From NCBI GenBank assembly GCA_951406725.2, contig OX597817.1, positions 82,398,001 through 82,462,000 of the forward strand: 64,000 nucleotides of DNA, written 5' to 3'. The stretch comes from Octopus vulgaris (lineage: Eukaryota). A model generated the notes under the pieces. That model saw only the letters and a program-made list of their open reading frames with translations. It did not search any database and had not been told where the DNA came from. Both the position numbers and the translations under genes were made by a program. Positions 13,761 through 28,287 of the stretch are shown here, one piece after another (positions within the stretch are counted from its first letter, which is position 1; each line of letters opens with the position of its first letter).

Positions 13761-14972
13761 AGATAAGAAATCAATTGAACACCTTTGAAATTAGATATAC
13801 TTAATTCGAAGTGGCGCGTATCTAAATGAAAACATGTGCCAGAATAGCAGCTAAATCTTGTTCAATTCACATTTACGCTTGTAGATACCGAAAGGACACA
13901 TTAGATAATGTAATCAACGGTCGCATAAATCAGTAGTTGTTTTCTTGACATATGTTTGCCTTCTTAAAAGAAAGAACTAAGTAGTATTTATGAATTGTGA
14001 GACAAATGCTGTAAAGTAGAACAACTTCAGATATTTGTTCTTTGCTGTGTTAAAATGTACTTATCACCAAAAATCCATTGAACCAGTGATTAGTTGCAAA
14101 CTTGTAACGGCGATGCTATAGTTCACCAATTGTGATATAAAGTAACTAAAGAAAGAACTCGTCGGGATTTAAAGACAGTGAATTGCTACTTTTCAATCTC
14201 AATATTCTTTCACATGTTTTCAGGTAAGGCCTGAATGCCAACAACTCGCAGTTTCCTTTTCCGCTGTAAATTTTGTTTGTATCTAACCAGAGACGACAAA
14301 GGGAAACAAATTATCTGCATTCTGCCTGAAGAGGAAACGTTGGGGAAGTAACTGAAGCGTCGGACAGAATGTCCTTACCAATTCTCTGTGTTCTGAGTTC
14401 AAATCTCAGTTAGGTCAACATTACCTTTTGTCTTTAGTAGTCACTAGGATATGTATCAATGCAGTACTGAAGTATCTCTCTCTCTCTCTCTCTAAAATTA
14501 ACTGTACCTGAGCTATGAGTTAGGCGGATTCTGCTAAGTTTAAAAAGCTCAAGACGAGACATATGTCAGAATGTTATGTCCTACGGCTGTATGAAGAGTT
14601 AAGGCTTCAAGCAAAAAGGGATTCTCTCTGAAGCCCAATAATATTACTATAGCATTTTGTGTGCTATATTAGTTCCTTTGTCGACCATCTTGCGTGCTTT
14701 CCAACAAGGTCTCCAGTTGTGAGCTGATTTTTGCTCTTTTTGCTCTTTTCTGTTCTTCATCATCTCCTCCCAGAGGCCCTGCTATATAAGTTATGAGCAG
14801 TCACCTCTTGGAAGGAATATCCGTTTTGATGGTAGAGAAGTTGTATTTCTTTCAGATAGCTACGATCTCAATTGAAATACCACTAAGGTTAATTTAGCAT
14901 TACATCAAATCACCAGTACTAGGGCAGTTTCTTTCTTTGTTTCTTTATTTCTTACTTCCTTTCTTTTTTCTC

Positions 14973-15014
<42 letters not shown>

Positions 15015-15064
15015 TTTCTTTTTTCTTTCTTTCTTTCTGTCTTTCTTTCTTCCTTTCTTTTTTC

Positions 15065-15104
<40 letters not shown>

Positions 15105-15484
15105 GTTTCTGTCTGTCCTCTTGTTTCTCTGTCGGTTTGTGGAAAAATGGGGCGGAAATATGTAGAGCTGGATAGGTATGGGCTTCGTCTTTGAATAACC
15201 AATTCACGCAGTACAAATGCTCAAGACACAACGGTGACTCTCTGCGATTCCTTCAAGCGTTGAGGACTTAAGAAAGGGAGGAAAGAAAGAAAGAAAGATA
15301 AAAGGGAGGTTCTTATCTATACAAAAATATATTTTTGGAATCTATTTTGATGAAAAGACAAAAATGAAAGTAAAACAATGTGTGTGTGAGAGAGTGAGAG
15401 AGAGGCAGGAAGAAACCGAAGTACACTGAAATGTAAATAACTATTTTATTTAGGCAATACACACACACATACATATATGCATAT

Positions 15485-15546
<62 letters not shown>

Positions 15547-16617
15547 ATGTATGTGTGTATGTGTGGTTAGATAAAATTGTCATCAAAGTGAGAAATGTAT
15601 GTTGAAATTGAGTGAACGGAAATTAAATAAAACATCGCCATAATTTCCAAGCGATCAGCAATAAGATTTCGATAATTGTGTTGCTTTCAGGAAATGGACC
15701 GATTAAACGAGAGTATTGGAATATCCACTTTTAGATTATGAGTCGAAATACGCTTCTAATGTCTCATAGTGTTTCTAAATTATTCCACTTAACACAGACG
15801 TAGGAAATACATACTAGACAATTTGGTTATTTCCACTTTGATCTTAAGTCAAAATTTCGCTCATTAATTTTTCATATGATTACTATTTCCGATTAGAAAA
15901 ATCTTAATCGATGCTAACGAACGATTTAGTTTCTTAATATCCTTATTAGCGGTATCAGCAAAGTGATGATCTAAACATTTTGTGGTATCCAGATACGTTC
16001 TTCTCCATTCTAAAATTCCATTTCTGGCAGTATCAACATAGTATTCCATCTTTTCTTATAAGATCATATCAGTACAAGACAAGTATTGGCTCTGTGCCAT
16101 GCAGTGGTGCTCACACTGGCAAATGTCAGCCCTCAAATGAATATTAATGAAGAATTTTACCCTCCGCACTACGATTTTATCATTTCTCTCTACATCTACT
16201 ATAGGGTAGAATTGCTCAGGGCTCGTTTTGTATTTTTTGAGTAACTTCAGGATCTGCAGATCCCATACATTTTATCGTATCCCCTCGACGAACCCTTCTT
16301 TTTCTTTTGGCAGAAGGGCTATACAAAAAAATAACAAACCAACAGTAAACATCCCTTCCGATTTTTCAAGTCGAATCTCTCGTGTTTCACGTATCAAATT
16401 GTAATCTGATTCCTGAAAACGTAGCTTGTATCTATTTGTTTCATTGTCATATTTTTTTTCAAATTTCGACGAGGTCAACTTTGCTTTTCGTCCTTTCGGG
16501 ATCGATAAAATAAGTACAAGCCGAGCACTGGGGTCAGTTTAATCGACTAACGGAATTCCCCCAAAATTGCTGGCCTTGTGCTAAAATGTGAAACCATTAT
16601 TGTTGTTGTTATTGTTG

Positions 16618-16679
<62 letters not shown>

Positions 16680-16734
16680 GTTATTGCTATTGATATTTTT
16701 ATTTATTTGTTTGTTTATTTACTTATTCAATTAG

Positions 16735-16846
16735 GTTCCTGTTTAGTGAACGGTAAGAAAATTCCAGAAGGTCATACTTGGCAGGATGGATGCTCCACTT
16801 GTGTTTGTGAAAATGTCGCGCTAGGAATTGCAAGATGCTATGAACA
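16735..16846 (+). CDS. Exon D: VWC1 N-half (GSCLVNGKKIPEGHTWQDGCSTCVCENVALGIARCYE)
   Basis: caattag| acceptor, CA|gtaaga donor; WxDGC-CxC motif; phase 1 to 2. Confidence 0.9.
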
Positions 16847-17104
16847 GTAAGAAATAATTTTCTGATATACAGACGTTGTATCAATTGCATTATTTTCTTA
16901 TGCTTTTTCTTTGCACTTCGCTTAAACTCAACTAATACTTCATGGGAAAAAATGTTCGTTTTTTGCATTGTTCTATTTTTGGGGATGCAAACACTTTACA
17001 CATAAAAAAACCCATTAAAAGCAAAAAAATACTTTCTCTGAGTAACCAAAGTTGTTCTTTTATAACATTGAAAACCTATAACATATTTATATTTATTAAT
17101 ATAT

Positions 17105-17228
17105 ATCTCCCTATATATAAACGGCAGTTTGTCTGTCTGTGTGTCTGTGTGTCTGTCAGGTTGTACCCTCACCCTGACCACGGCTTTCAACCGATTCTGA
17201 TGAAACTTGACACACACGTAGCCCATGT
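17105..17228 (+). mobile_element. Helitron-like 5' end, truncated
   Basis: A|TC start, tatatataa, (gtct)n and aaccgattctgatgaaactt, as in non-autonomous Helitron 5' ends. Confidence 0.5.
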
Positions 17229-18571
17229 TGACCAAATCCTTGTGAGTGGATCTGGTGGACAGAAACTTAAAGAAGCCCGTCTTGTAAATAGATAGACTCA
17301 GGTGAAAAGTCAACCATGTGTGTTTGTGTGTGTGTGTGTATTTATGTATTTATGTATGTGAGTGTGTGTCTGTGTTTGACCCCCAGCCATCGCTTGACAA
17401 CCGATGCTGATGTGTTAATGTAAATTAGCGGTTCGGCAAAAAAGAGCGATACAATAAGTACTAGGACTAGGCTTAACGAAAATAAGTCCTGGGTTCGATT
17501 TCTTCGACGAAAACCCTTTAAGGCGATGTTCCAGCATGGCCGCAGTCAAATGAGTGAAATAAGTAAAAAAAATAACGGAGAATATTAACAGGAGAAACAC
17601 AAAAATCAATCTTGAAGGTAGAATGTAAATAATTTTATAATATCATAAAATCTATAATATTTAAACAAACTTCGAGAGAGAATCTTTCAATCGAGTGGTT
17701 TCGATTTTCGTTAAAGCCTTTGTCAGGATTCTTTTACTTTCCCCCTAGTTGCTGAGAGTATAGAGAATCTACGTAGTAGAAATATAATCGTTACCAGGCC
17801 AACGTGTTTCTCAAAGCTGTGACTAATGAAACCTGTGTATTAATTAATTAGACCACTGATGTAGCGTATATGAGATGAAATGCCTATGCCGATTTAGAAT
17901 CATTATTTGTCTAGTAAACAAATTTAAAACGTGCTCATATTTAGGTGTATTTATACATTTCAAGAAAATTACCATAGCCTACAGCGTTCGAAACAACTCG
18001 TCCATGTTAAATTGGAAGTGCAAATTAATATACGTTACAAAGGCAGCTTCCGTCACTAATAGCTGAATTATACACAGCCCACCAGCTACTTGTGAATTCA
18101 CTGACTGTTTAGTTACTGTTAAACTATATAGGTTTGGCGGGTTTTCGTCGTGGCATTCAAATAGGATGCCTGTTGCTGATTAAGCGCAAATTATACTGGA
18201 ATCACGTGATTCAATAGTCCCATCCGTTGGTGCTGATGAAATTTCGTCCGCTGATCTAGTCTGATTTTTTAGCACAACGCAAATACGCGGTGATTTCTAA
18301 GGACGATTGTTGCAGCCTACAGCGTTCAAAACACCACAAGTAAAGTTGGATGTGTGTACATATATGCACACAGACACGCACGCACGCACGCACGTACGTA
18401 CGCGCGCACACACACACACACATTTTGTATGAGCACACACAGCATCTAGGATCAAACCGATGACTTGTACATTTATCTATTACTTTATTACGCGTTCTAA
18501 TACACGAGAACGTAAACGGCATTCGCTCTGCGATCTTGCTTCTGAGGACAAATTTCTCCTTTTATATTTCA

Positions 18572-19069
18572 CTAGCAGTATCGCCCGGCGTTGCTCGGGT
18601 TTGTAAGGGAAATAACTATATAAGCATTTTTAGAGAGTTACTTCCTTATAGATGCCAATTCGGGCTTTCTTAGCCATTTCTGTTTTGGTGTCTTCAAGCC
18701 ATGAAGTCGTTGTTCTAAAAGAACGCTGGTCTCCTTGACAACGCTTTACGACGTTGATTTCCTTACACTCCTTTCCCCACAGCTTCACAAGGGAGGGAAG
18801 AAGGGGGAGAAGCAAACAGGTGCAGGTGTGACCATGGAGCCAACTCCGCCGCCATCGACAAAAAAATGCATTAAAATGGAAAACAATGATGGTAAATTAT
18901 TTTTAAAATCGTAGACTCATCGTAGACGCGCGCTAATACTCAGAAGGGCTCGATATGAATCACGACTATAAGATACCCGGTTTGGTTAAACTGCACCGCA
19001 AAATGTGGGAGTACTTAGGAATCTTAATCGTAGGAGACAGACACACAACTTCACTTTTATATATAAAGA
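18572..19069 (-). mobile_element. Non-autonomous Helitron
   Basis: Minus strand begins A|TC and ends in hairpin cccgagcaacgccggg followed by CTAG|T; no TSD. Confidence 0.8.
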
Positions 19070-19756
19070 TTTGTAGAAATACACGAAGTTTCATGTGACA
19101 TTATTGAGCTACCAGAGACGATAGTTTACCACGCGTGATTTGGCAATCGCAATGATAGATGCCGCCTTGGTCACCAGAGAATCTTCTTCTCATATATAGA
19201 AAATAGCACACAGATACACACACACACACACACACACATACATTAGTCTGGGACCCCTCAGCCTTGTCGGTTAGACAACGTCCTGCTGCCAACGTCTTCA
19301 CCGTATCCCTGACGAGGGAGGCTAAGGTAGTTACCAGTTCTTGCCCAAGGTGCAGTCCCACTCTATAGAGAGAAATGATCACTTATCCTCCCTTTTACGG
19401 AATGCCACTGATGTGAATACAATACCTACGACTTGAAGATTATTGAAACCAAGCGGAAGGTCTCTATCATCAGGCAACAGTTGACCGTCAAAGTAGCAAG
19501 TGAGCTGCTAGTGCGTGGCAGCCTCATAGTCGGTCATGTTCATTGCGTTCTTGTACACCATTTGGTACCTGGTGCGGAGGTTCACACAAGCAGTCTGGTG
19601 GGAGAGAGCGATTTTAGATGCCTTCCAAAACAATGGAGTGTAAGTGACGAGAACAGGTAAAAGTAACTGTTAGCTGCTAGCAAGAGGTCTGTTTGCAGGC
19701 ATGTAGGCAGCTTGTTTCCGATGCGGAAAAGAAAAGTCAACGTCGACCTATGACAG

Positions 19757-20180
19757 CGTGGTTGTGTGGTAAGAAGTTTGCTTCCCTACCACATGGTTCC
19801 GGGTTCAGTTCCACTGCGTGGCACATTTAGTAGGGGTTTTCTACTATAACCTTGGGACGATCAAATCCTTGTGAATGGACTTGGTAGACAGAAACTGAAA
19901 AAAGCCCGTCGTACATATATACATACATACATACATACATACGTATGTATGTATATATATACATATATATATGTATATGTATATGTTTGTGTGTCCGTGG
20001 TTGTCCGCCCACCATATCTTGACAACCAACGTTGATGCGTTTACGTCCCCGTAACTTAGAGGCAAAAGAGACCGATTAATTAAGTACTAGCCTTATTAAG
20101 AATAAGTCCTGGGATCGATTTGTTCCACTAAAACCGATGCTCCACCGTGGCCGCAGTCAAATGATTGAAACAAGTAAAAG
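19757..20180 (+). mobile_element. tRNA-derived SINE family C with internal microsatellite; other pieces near 4800, 17235, 21420, 31853, 55020
   Basis: Head gcgtggttgtgtggtaagaagtttgcttccc...ccgggttcagt recurs in the window. Confidence 0.75.
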
Positions 20181-20469
20181 AATGTATCCGTGTGCATATA
20201 TGTATATGTATGTGTGTATACAAGTGTATATACATATATGTATATACCGTGAGAGAAAGAGACACGAGGATAGAAAGAGGAAAGATTTTGTACAAAATTA
20301 GGAATATTTCAAAGTTTGTAATAGATGTAAATGAATTTACATTAAAAAGATAAAAAAAAAGAACGTTTATCACAAGATATATCTATATAAGTTGTACATA
20401 GAACATATATTTTAAACCAGTCGAAAATCCTTATCATGCTTGTAGTTGATATCTGTGTCTGAATGTATC

Positions 20470-20501
<32 letters not shown>

Positions 20502-20539
20502 TGTATGTATGTATGTATGTATGTATGTATGTATGTATG

Positions 20540-20573
<34 letters not shown>

Positions 20574-20589
20574 TGTATGTATGTATGTA

Positions 20590-20656
<67 letters not shown>

Positions 20657-21012
20657 TTGGCAATGATAGAACATGAATTTGTGTCGATGTTACTGATAGC
20701 TCTAATTAGCCTGACATACGTTTTATGATTATCATGTTTCCTGCCAAAAAGAAATGAAAATTAAATGATTCATATACATATTTTATAAAGATTTTTGAAA
20801 GCATTTTATTTGGCTGTCGATTCTAATATCAGAGAAGAGCTCGTATACATGACAGTAAGTTAAAGTAGTATAAAATTTAGAATAACATGATCTAGCTAAT
20901 TTTTAAAATGTCAAAAGATAAAGATAGCAAAATATCATTATATAATATATTTTTATTTTCATCTTTTATCTATTTTTGTCTTCGAACTGCAGCCATGCTG
21001 AGGTATCGTCTT

Positions 21013-21243
21013 ATTTCTTTATTGCCCACAAGGGGCTAAACATAGAGGGGACAAACGAGGACAGACAAAGAGATTAAGTCAATTACATCGACCCCAGTGC
21101 GTAACTGGTACTTAATTGATCGACCCCGAAAGGATGAAAGGCAAAGTCGGCCTCAGCGGTATTTGAACTCAGAACGTAACGGCAGATGAAATATTGCTAA
21201 GCATTTTGCCCGGCGCGCTAACGTTTCTGCCAGCTCGCCGCCT
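21013..21243 (-). mobile_element. SINE family A nested inside a family C copy
   Basis: Full family A sequence; diverged TSD atgctgaggtatcgtctt / acgctgaagtaccgtctt. Confidence 0.8.
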
Positions 21244-22468
21244 TACGCTGAAGTACCGTCTTGAAGGGTTTAGTCGAACAACTGAACCTCAGGACGCAGT
21301 CTTAAAGCCTGGTACTTTATCAGTTATCTTTGCCGAGTCTCTAGGTTATAGGAACATAAACAGACCATCACCAATTGTCTATCTATACATACATACACTC
21401 ACACACACATACGCATATGTACAAAGTGCTTCTTTTCGTTTTCGTCTACCAAATCGAACACACGACTTTGGTCAGTCTGAAGCTATTGTGTGACTGAACC
21501 CAGAACGATGTGGAGCACCGATGCCCGCTCTTCTTAAAGGCCAGATGCAATGCCATAAGTCATTTTCCTTGACACATTAACAATTATGCCAAACCAATAA
21601 CAGAAAAATAAAATAAAATAAAAACAAAATAATAGAAATAAAAATAAATTAAATCATAATGTCAAACGATAGCATGAGTAAGAATGTATTGGCAGTGCAT
21701 CATTGGTGAGATTGCATGAGGGTGAAGAATCGTTTTAACACTTTATAGGACGGTCTCGTTTAGAGAATGCGTGGGCTAAGACTCCGCGCCCTCCATTGGT
21801 CAGTTAAAGTTGAGACAGTGTCACGTGACAACTTGCTGGGGCTGCCTGCTGGAGTCTAGAAGCAGGTATTTAAAGGGAAATTTGACAAGACAGTCAGTCG
21901 CCCGCTGACACACCTTTGACGCTACATCGAAGAGGCCAGGGAACAGAAGAAAGGAGAAAGAAGGCATGCACTCAACACCAGAGCTGAAGACACATCCAAA
22001 AGCGGGGGGGGGGGGGGCACATCAAAACGGTAGAGGTGTAGGGGCCGAAACCGGGTGTGGTTCCTCCTGATGATGTCTTGAGCTAACTGGATCCTATAAA
22101 GGAGCTGTTGTAGTAGCAGACGATGAAACATGGTTGAAATTCTTCAGGATAACCTGATTATAAAAGTATCTATTTATTTAGAAAACGAACCGGAAAATGC
22201 CGAAAAGAATGTTAGCTTTCTGTATGCTTCCCCCTAAACAGCCACCACCAAATTCTATGTATACTTAGAACATATATGTAGTGTTTTAATTGTTGGTTCT
22301 GCCTGTGAGTCTGATGAAATGGCTTATTATAGCTCTACTGTGTTTCACACTCTACATTTGCTTTAATATCTCTTTTCTTTACGGGATTATGCTTGGTAGG
22401 TATTTTTAAATGGGTTTCCCTTCATGCAATGTGATCTAATTCGTACTCCCTAAAATATTTTTCGTTAG

Positions 22469-22644
22469 ATGTTCCAAAGTCACTGTCCTACCACCAAACT
22501 GCCGCAGAATAAAGGACTCAAATGGATGCTGTGAAAAAATAGCTTGCACTCAAGGAGTTCTATCAGGATCAAACAGAGGCAATTCTACGGGTGGTCATAA
22601 ACTAATCCACAATTCAACACATGGATTGATAACCAAAGACATTT
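22469..22644 (+). CDS. Exon E: VWC1 C-half plus linker (CSKVTVLPPNCRRIKDSNGCCEKIACTQGVLSGSNRGNSTGGHKLIHNSTHGLITKDI)
   Basis: ttcgttag| acceptor, T|gtaagt donor; phase 2 to 1. Confidence 0.9.
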
Positions 22645-22735
22645 GTAAGTTTACTTTGTCATTTAAAAGGAAAATATTTTCTGCCTCGTTAAATTTGTAT
22701 AAATTTGTGGTATTTAAAGTACTTTATTTAATCAC

Positions 22736-22786
<51 letters not shown>

Positions 22787-22874
22787 TATCAACGTCATCA
22801 TCATCATCATCATCATCACCATCATCATCATCGTCGTCGTCGTTGTTATTATTATTATTAAATTTTACTTTTCA

Positions 22875-23191
22875 GAATTCTCGATCTTGCTCTGGTTAAT
22901 TCCGTGAGAGTGGACAGCAACCTGTTGCCAATGGTCTCACAGAGACTCTTTCTACGAATTATAAGACTTGAGACTTAGATGTTAAAGACAGTAGAATATA
23001 CTTAACGCCCAAGTATCAATCTCAAAATCCTCGATATCTCCAAAATGGCAGTTATTTGAGCATGTTTTACTCTCATGTCACTTCCAATTTCTCAGGCGTA
23101 TTTCTCAAATTTGGTTGTTAGTGCTTCGAGTTCAAATGATACGCATTCTTTTTCTATATCCTCTTATGAGTTTCTCTTCATCTACGTGGTT

Positions 23192-23235
<44 letters not shown>

Positions 23236-23450
23236 TGTTATTATTATAATTATTGAGAGAGCAATGTATACCATCAAAGAGATATTGAGGTACAGGCATA
23301 CAATGCCCAATATACCCACCATGATTACCTATTTGATAAGGGTACATCAGGCACATGCATCATAACCATATGCATGTGACATGGTGTTGTTGTTGCTACT
23401 ATTATTATGATTATAATTATTATTATCATAATTATTATTATTATTATTAC

Positions 23451-23534
<84 letters not shown>

Positions 23535-25825
23535 CATTATTATTATTACCAATGTTGTTTTTATTATTGGGTGAGAGAACAGCCCATGCTATCAAAGTGA
23601 TACTAGAGTACTAGCATACTAAGCCCAATATATCCATGATGACTATCCGTCTTATAAGGGTTCACCAGTCACATGCATCGCAACTATATGTGCGCGACAT
23701 GGTAAGTGGATAGTAAGTGGTTTAGTTTCCACTTCCTCTTTCCAGATCATGCCCCACCCTTGTTTTCTGTGGTTTTCTTTGTTTTCACGCAAGGGGATCA
23801 TGCCCAGTACGAATAACAGTGGGGTGGACACTGTCTCCCTGGAAGATTCCTTTTGATTTTCCCCTGTCCTACTACTTGCTCCCTTGTTGTCAATTCCGTT
23901 CTCCAGCATTTCATGCTATTCCATATAAGGCTTCACATATTCTTTGCCACTCCATACATTTGTATTGTTTTTATTATCCAGAAGTGGCATTATATCGTAA
24001 GCTTTGCGATAGCCAACCCATGCCATATTCAGCTTTGTATGTCTTCTCTTGCAGTTCCAGATAATTAGATTATCAATTAAGAGCTGACCCTTTGTTCGCT
24101 GGCGACTCCTTTCTCGGCACACTTTCTGTTCAATAGGCAGCAGCCCATTTTTTCCAAGTATCTGTACAGCTCACCGGCCAAAGCACCTGACATTAGTTTC
24201 CACATTAGCGGAAGGCACGTTGTTGGCTTAAAGTTGGATACTTCATTTCCCTTTTCAGGATACTTGGCACATAACAATGTTTTTCCTTTTGTCATCCAGT
24301 TGGGTACTGCGCCTTCATGCAAGCACTCATCTAGCTTTTGTGTTATCCTTTCATGGATCCCTCCCCGCTTCTTCATCCAATAACCTTGGACCCCATCTAG
24401 TCCTGGGTTCTTCCAATTTGCTTAACTGCTTTTTTATAATTTCTGTAGTTATCTTCATGTCTTCTTGGACTTCTATATTTCTTAACCTGTCTTGGATTTC
24501 ATACAGCCACTCCGCGTCATTATTATACTCTTATACTCTACAGGTTGGTTCCAAATCCCTCTCCAGAATACCTTGCTTTCCTCTGCATCTGGTATCATTG
24601 TTACGTGTATTTTCCCATCTCGTTCCTGAAACAGTTTCTTCTGATTTGCTTCAAACAATCTGTTGTGCCTGAACTGTATATTTCTTTTGTCATATCCTTC
24701 CAGTTTTGCTTTGATTGCCACTACTCTTTGTTTCAATTCTTCCAGTATCATATCATAGCCTTTATCTCTTATTCTATAAGTTCTTTCTAGCATTATTCTT
24801 CTGGTTTCGTTCTGCAATTCGCCTCTTCCTAATTTATCAACATGTCCTAAATGTCTTTTTAACTTTGTTTCTCACAAATTCGTCTACGGTTGTATGGTTC
24901 TTTACGTCCTGTTTGTTCTTTTCTTTTGTATCCAACTCTATATGCAGCAATCATAGCTGTAGCCCAAATAATCTTAGTTTCAGTTATATTTCGCGTCTGG
25001 AATAGCCCAAGGACCAAATCTATCTTTTCGGTTTCAACTTGGAGGTTGTGCCGACCAATGTATCCCAGGTTGCGTCGATCAATGCATCTCAGGATCAGCT
25101 TGGTCCTGGTCTTCCCTAATATATCAACACAGCATCCTCACTATGTCCTGTTGGTCATCATCGTATTCTTGTGATAGAGCTCTTCCTATTACTTTTGCTT
25201 CATTTCCTGAGAATGCATTTACATTTACGCTTTGCTCTACGTCTTGACTGTCGCCTTTCATTTTTTCTGTTCTCACTGGGAACGTTATCTGTTGTAGTTT
25301 TTCTGTCTTCTACTTTGCTGTTTATCTCTTCTATTTCCATATCTGTTAATCACCCTTTTGGCCTTATTATTCTTGCCTGGTCGGCTAACCGTTGCTCACT
25401 TGTTTCGAAGAGTCCTAGCTCATTCCATTTTACCTTCATTCGTTGTCGGAATCCCCTTCTGTTGGGTTCACTCCTGATCCAGTATTCAATTACCGTTCGG
25501 CTTGCCTCCTTATCTCACTTTCTTCTCTGCCTCTGCCTTTGTGTACAAGCAGTCTGTTGATGACAACAGGGCCTGCGCTGCTCAACCACAGGGTACCTGC
25601 CGAGCGAAAGGCTTTCACCTTTGGTTTCAACCTCATTAACACCATTATTTGATACATTTGTATTAGACATTTTCACTCAACATTGAGGTTTGTGTTTTAA
25701 GGTTCGCCACCAACCATTATTTTTATCGAGACACTATCTCTCGTAAGACTGTCAACCAAGACTGCAGAGCTCTCACTACCCATAAGTCGGGCCAGTTCCC
25801 TTCGTATTTCTATGTGTAGGGGACC
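22875..25825 (-). mobile_element. R4/Dong-clade (RLE) non-LTR retrotransposon, internally deleted and decayed
   Basis: N-terminal SEQRLADQARII..KGWL; RT entry PNWMTKGKTLL..K...[33 protein letters not shown]; C-terminal AILEISRILRLILG* near 23000-23130; flanked by (ATT)n/(ATC)n arrays. Confidence 0.85.
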
Positions 25826-25951
25826 ATGATTATGATTCTCACTAAGAGACAGGTTAGCGTCATTATCATTATTATTATTTGTATTGGCGTTTTTGCTGTG
25901 TGTGTGTGGCCAGAAAAGAAAACATTACAATCGTTATTATTATTGTTATTA

Positions 25952-26013
<62 letters not shown>

Positions 26014-26095
26014 AGAGAAAGAAATTTATAGCACAACTCAAAAATAATAATTTCTTTCATAAAATCAATTTTATTTAATATACTTATGGTTTTAG

Positions 26096-26210
26096 CGGGA
26101 TGCCTCTACAAAGGAAAATATTATGCAGAAAAAAGCGTTTGGAACGATGGATGCCAACTACAATGTACCTGCCAAAATGCTACATCTGGGATGTATGAAT
26201 GTCATCAAAG
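26096..26210 (+). CDS. Exon F: VWC2 N-half (GCLYKGKYYAEKSVWNDGCQLQCTCQNATSGMYECHQ)
   Basis: ttttag| acceptor, AG|gtaaaa donor; phase 1 to 2. Confidence 0.9.
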
Positions 26211-26587
26211 GTAAAACATTATCATTCTCTACTCTAATGGAAATATTCATTAATGTAAGATTTCCCATTCATATTTTGGTCTGAAAAATAACAACATAAT
26301 TCATATTCTCTTATTACTGTTTTTCTCATTATTTCTCTCTTAATATAAATTCTTCGATGTAAATTTTTCGAATACCATATTTAATATCCAACAGTTGTCT
26401 TTTCTGAAACAGTAATGTGATATGAATTGACTATAAGAACCCACTGCAGTATATGATGATATTAGTGGAATATTGCATGTTTTTTTTAAATAATGATTGC
26501 AATGACTTGAAACGGGAAGTTAAGTTAATATCTATGAATTATAAACATGCACGCACATATATGCGCACATACGCATAAACACATCCC

Positions 26588-26650
<63 letters not shown>

Positions 26651-28162
26651 GTGTGTGTGTGTGTATGTGTGTGTATATATATATGTATGTATGCATGTAT
26701 GTATGTATGTATGTATGTATGTATGTATGGATGGATGGATGGATGGATGGATGGATGGATGGATATGTGGATGGATGTATACGTGTATGCAAGTGTGGAG
26801 GATATATTTTGGTATTTATCAATTTAGGATTATTCATTTGGGATTAGCCAATATTTCGATCTTTGGAAATCTAAATAATGGCAATAAAAGTTAATAACTC
26901 TTCGCAAAAGAAAAATAAATAAATATATATAATAAAATTTTTGTAATAATAGCTTAAAAGGTTATGGTTATGTCTCTAGGTAATAATATGACTACGATAA
27001 TGCTCATAAAAATTATGCGCAGAAGTAAAACTAATAATCAGGTTAATGGTCATAATGATTTCCTCCTTAGGCAGAGAAGAACAAAATCATAAAGGGAATT
27101 AACCTTATTGTTATATATGTATGACCTCTTGTGAGGCAGCATCAGTGTAAGGAAGGCAAAATGGTACTATTTAGGAATCGAAGAAAACACAAACTCAGAT
27201 TATTGGGGCTGAGCTCCATTTTAAATTAGTATCTATACAAATTAATAATTCTATTAAATAGTACACTATGAAATTAATTTCTTTCCTAATCGCAAGAGAA
27301 ATAAATAATTTGCATTTTAGAGTCGAAATGGTGTCATGGTTTTGACTTATGGTTAATTTACAGCGTCTGTTATCTTCGGAAAGATTTTTAGCTCGCAAAG
27401 GTTCAATGGAAAGTGAACGGGATTATTTGATGTTCATAGCTTTCATTTGTGTACTAGCGCCATTAGTGAAGAGAATGAAATTGAATTGGAAATAAGAAGA
27501 GTTCAATTTTTAAATGTCATAGAAGTTCAGCAAGTCAAGTTCTGTTTCGTAGCATCTATTTTGTTATTGACTTAAAATTGAAGGATGTCAAAAGAAAATG
27601 AGGTTTGATATAAGTTCATTTCGACAGCGAACTAGATACGAGCATTTACTCATGTTTATTTATGACATTGCACAGTAATAATGTAATAAGTACATCAGGT
27701 GCCATTGTTACTCAGTCGTTGGTCAAGAATAACGCCATGAGAATATTTATACATGAGGTGCGTTGATGATTCAATCGTGATCGTAAATAACAACCTTATT
27801 TTAGTAAACAAATTGGATGTAGTTCAAAACATTTAAAAAACTTATTTTGCACTCCATCATTTCTCTATATATTTCACATTTCTCTATATTAATGAAAATA
27901 AAGTGCATTATAAAAATTTCAAGCACTAACGAAATTTAAAGAAAAGTCGAATCTTTATAAGTATAAGATAATTTCCCTTTTCGAATAAAACAGGTACTTG
28001 AAATTAAATAACACTACACTACTCTCTTATAATAATGCGATGCTTAATATATTCATTGGAGGGAAATTTGTCCATTACATAAACGTAGAATAATAGAAGT
28101 AAATGAATAAGCTAGAGATCGTTTGCATCAATAAATAGTAAATACAAACAACTCAGAAAGCA

Positions 28163-28287
28163 GTATAAGTTAGTTTACCGCGAGGAAGAGACGCTGTCTG
28201 ACATTTCGGGTAGGGTTCTTCCTCCGATTGAAGGTCTTGCCAGAAACGTCAGATTTCTTTTCTTCCACCCAAATAACTAACTTATAC
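28163..28287. repeat. Short inverted repeat made of two decayed hammerhead-like 3' halves
   Basis: gtataagttagtt...aactaacttatac arms; inner ctgacatttc / gaaacgtcag. Confidence 0.5.

Noticed and set aside
14490-14890. Possible RLE endonuclease remnant (WEE...KRAK) on the minus strand
   Set aside because: Too degenerate to assign from inspection.
15850-16220. Possible hAT transposase remnant (HHCMAQ resembling HCxAH)
   Set aside because: Single short motif; not enough support.
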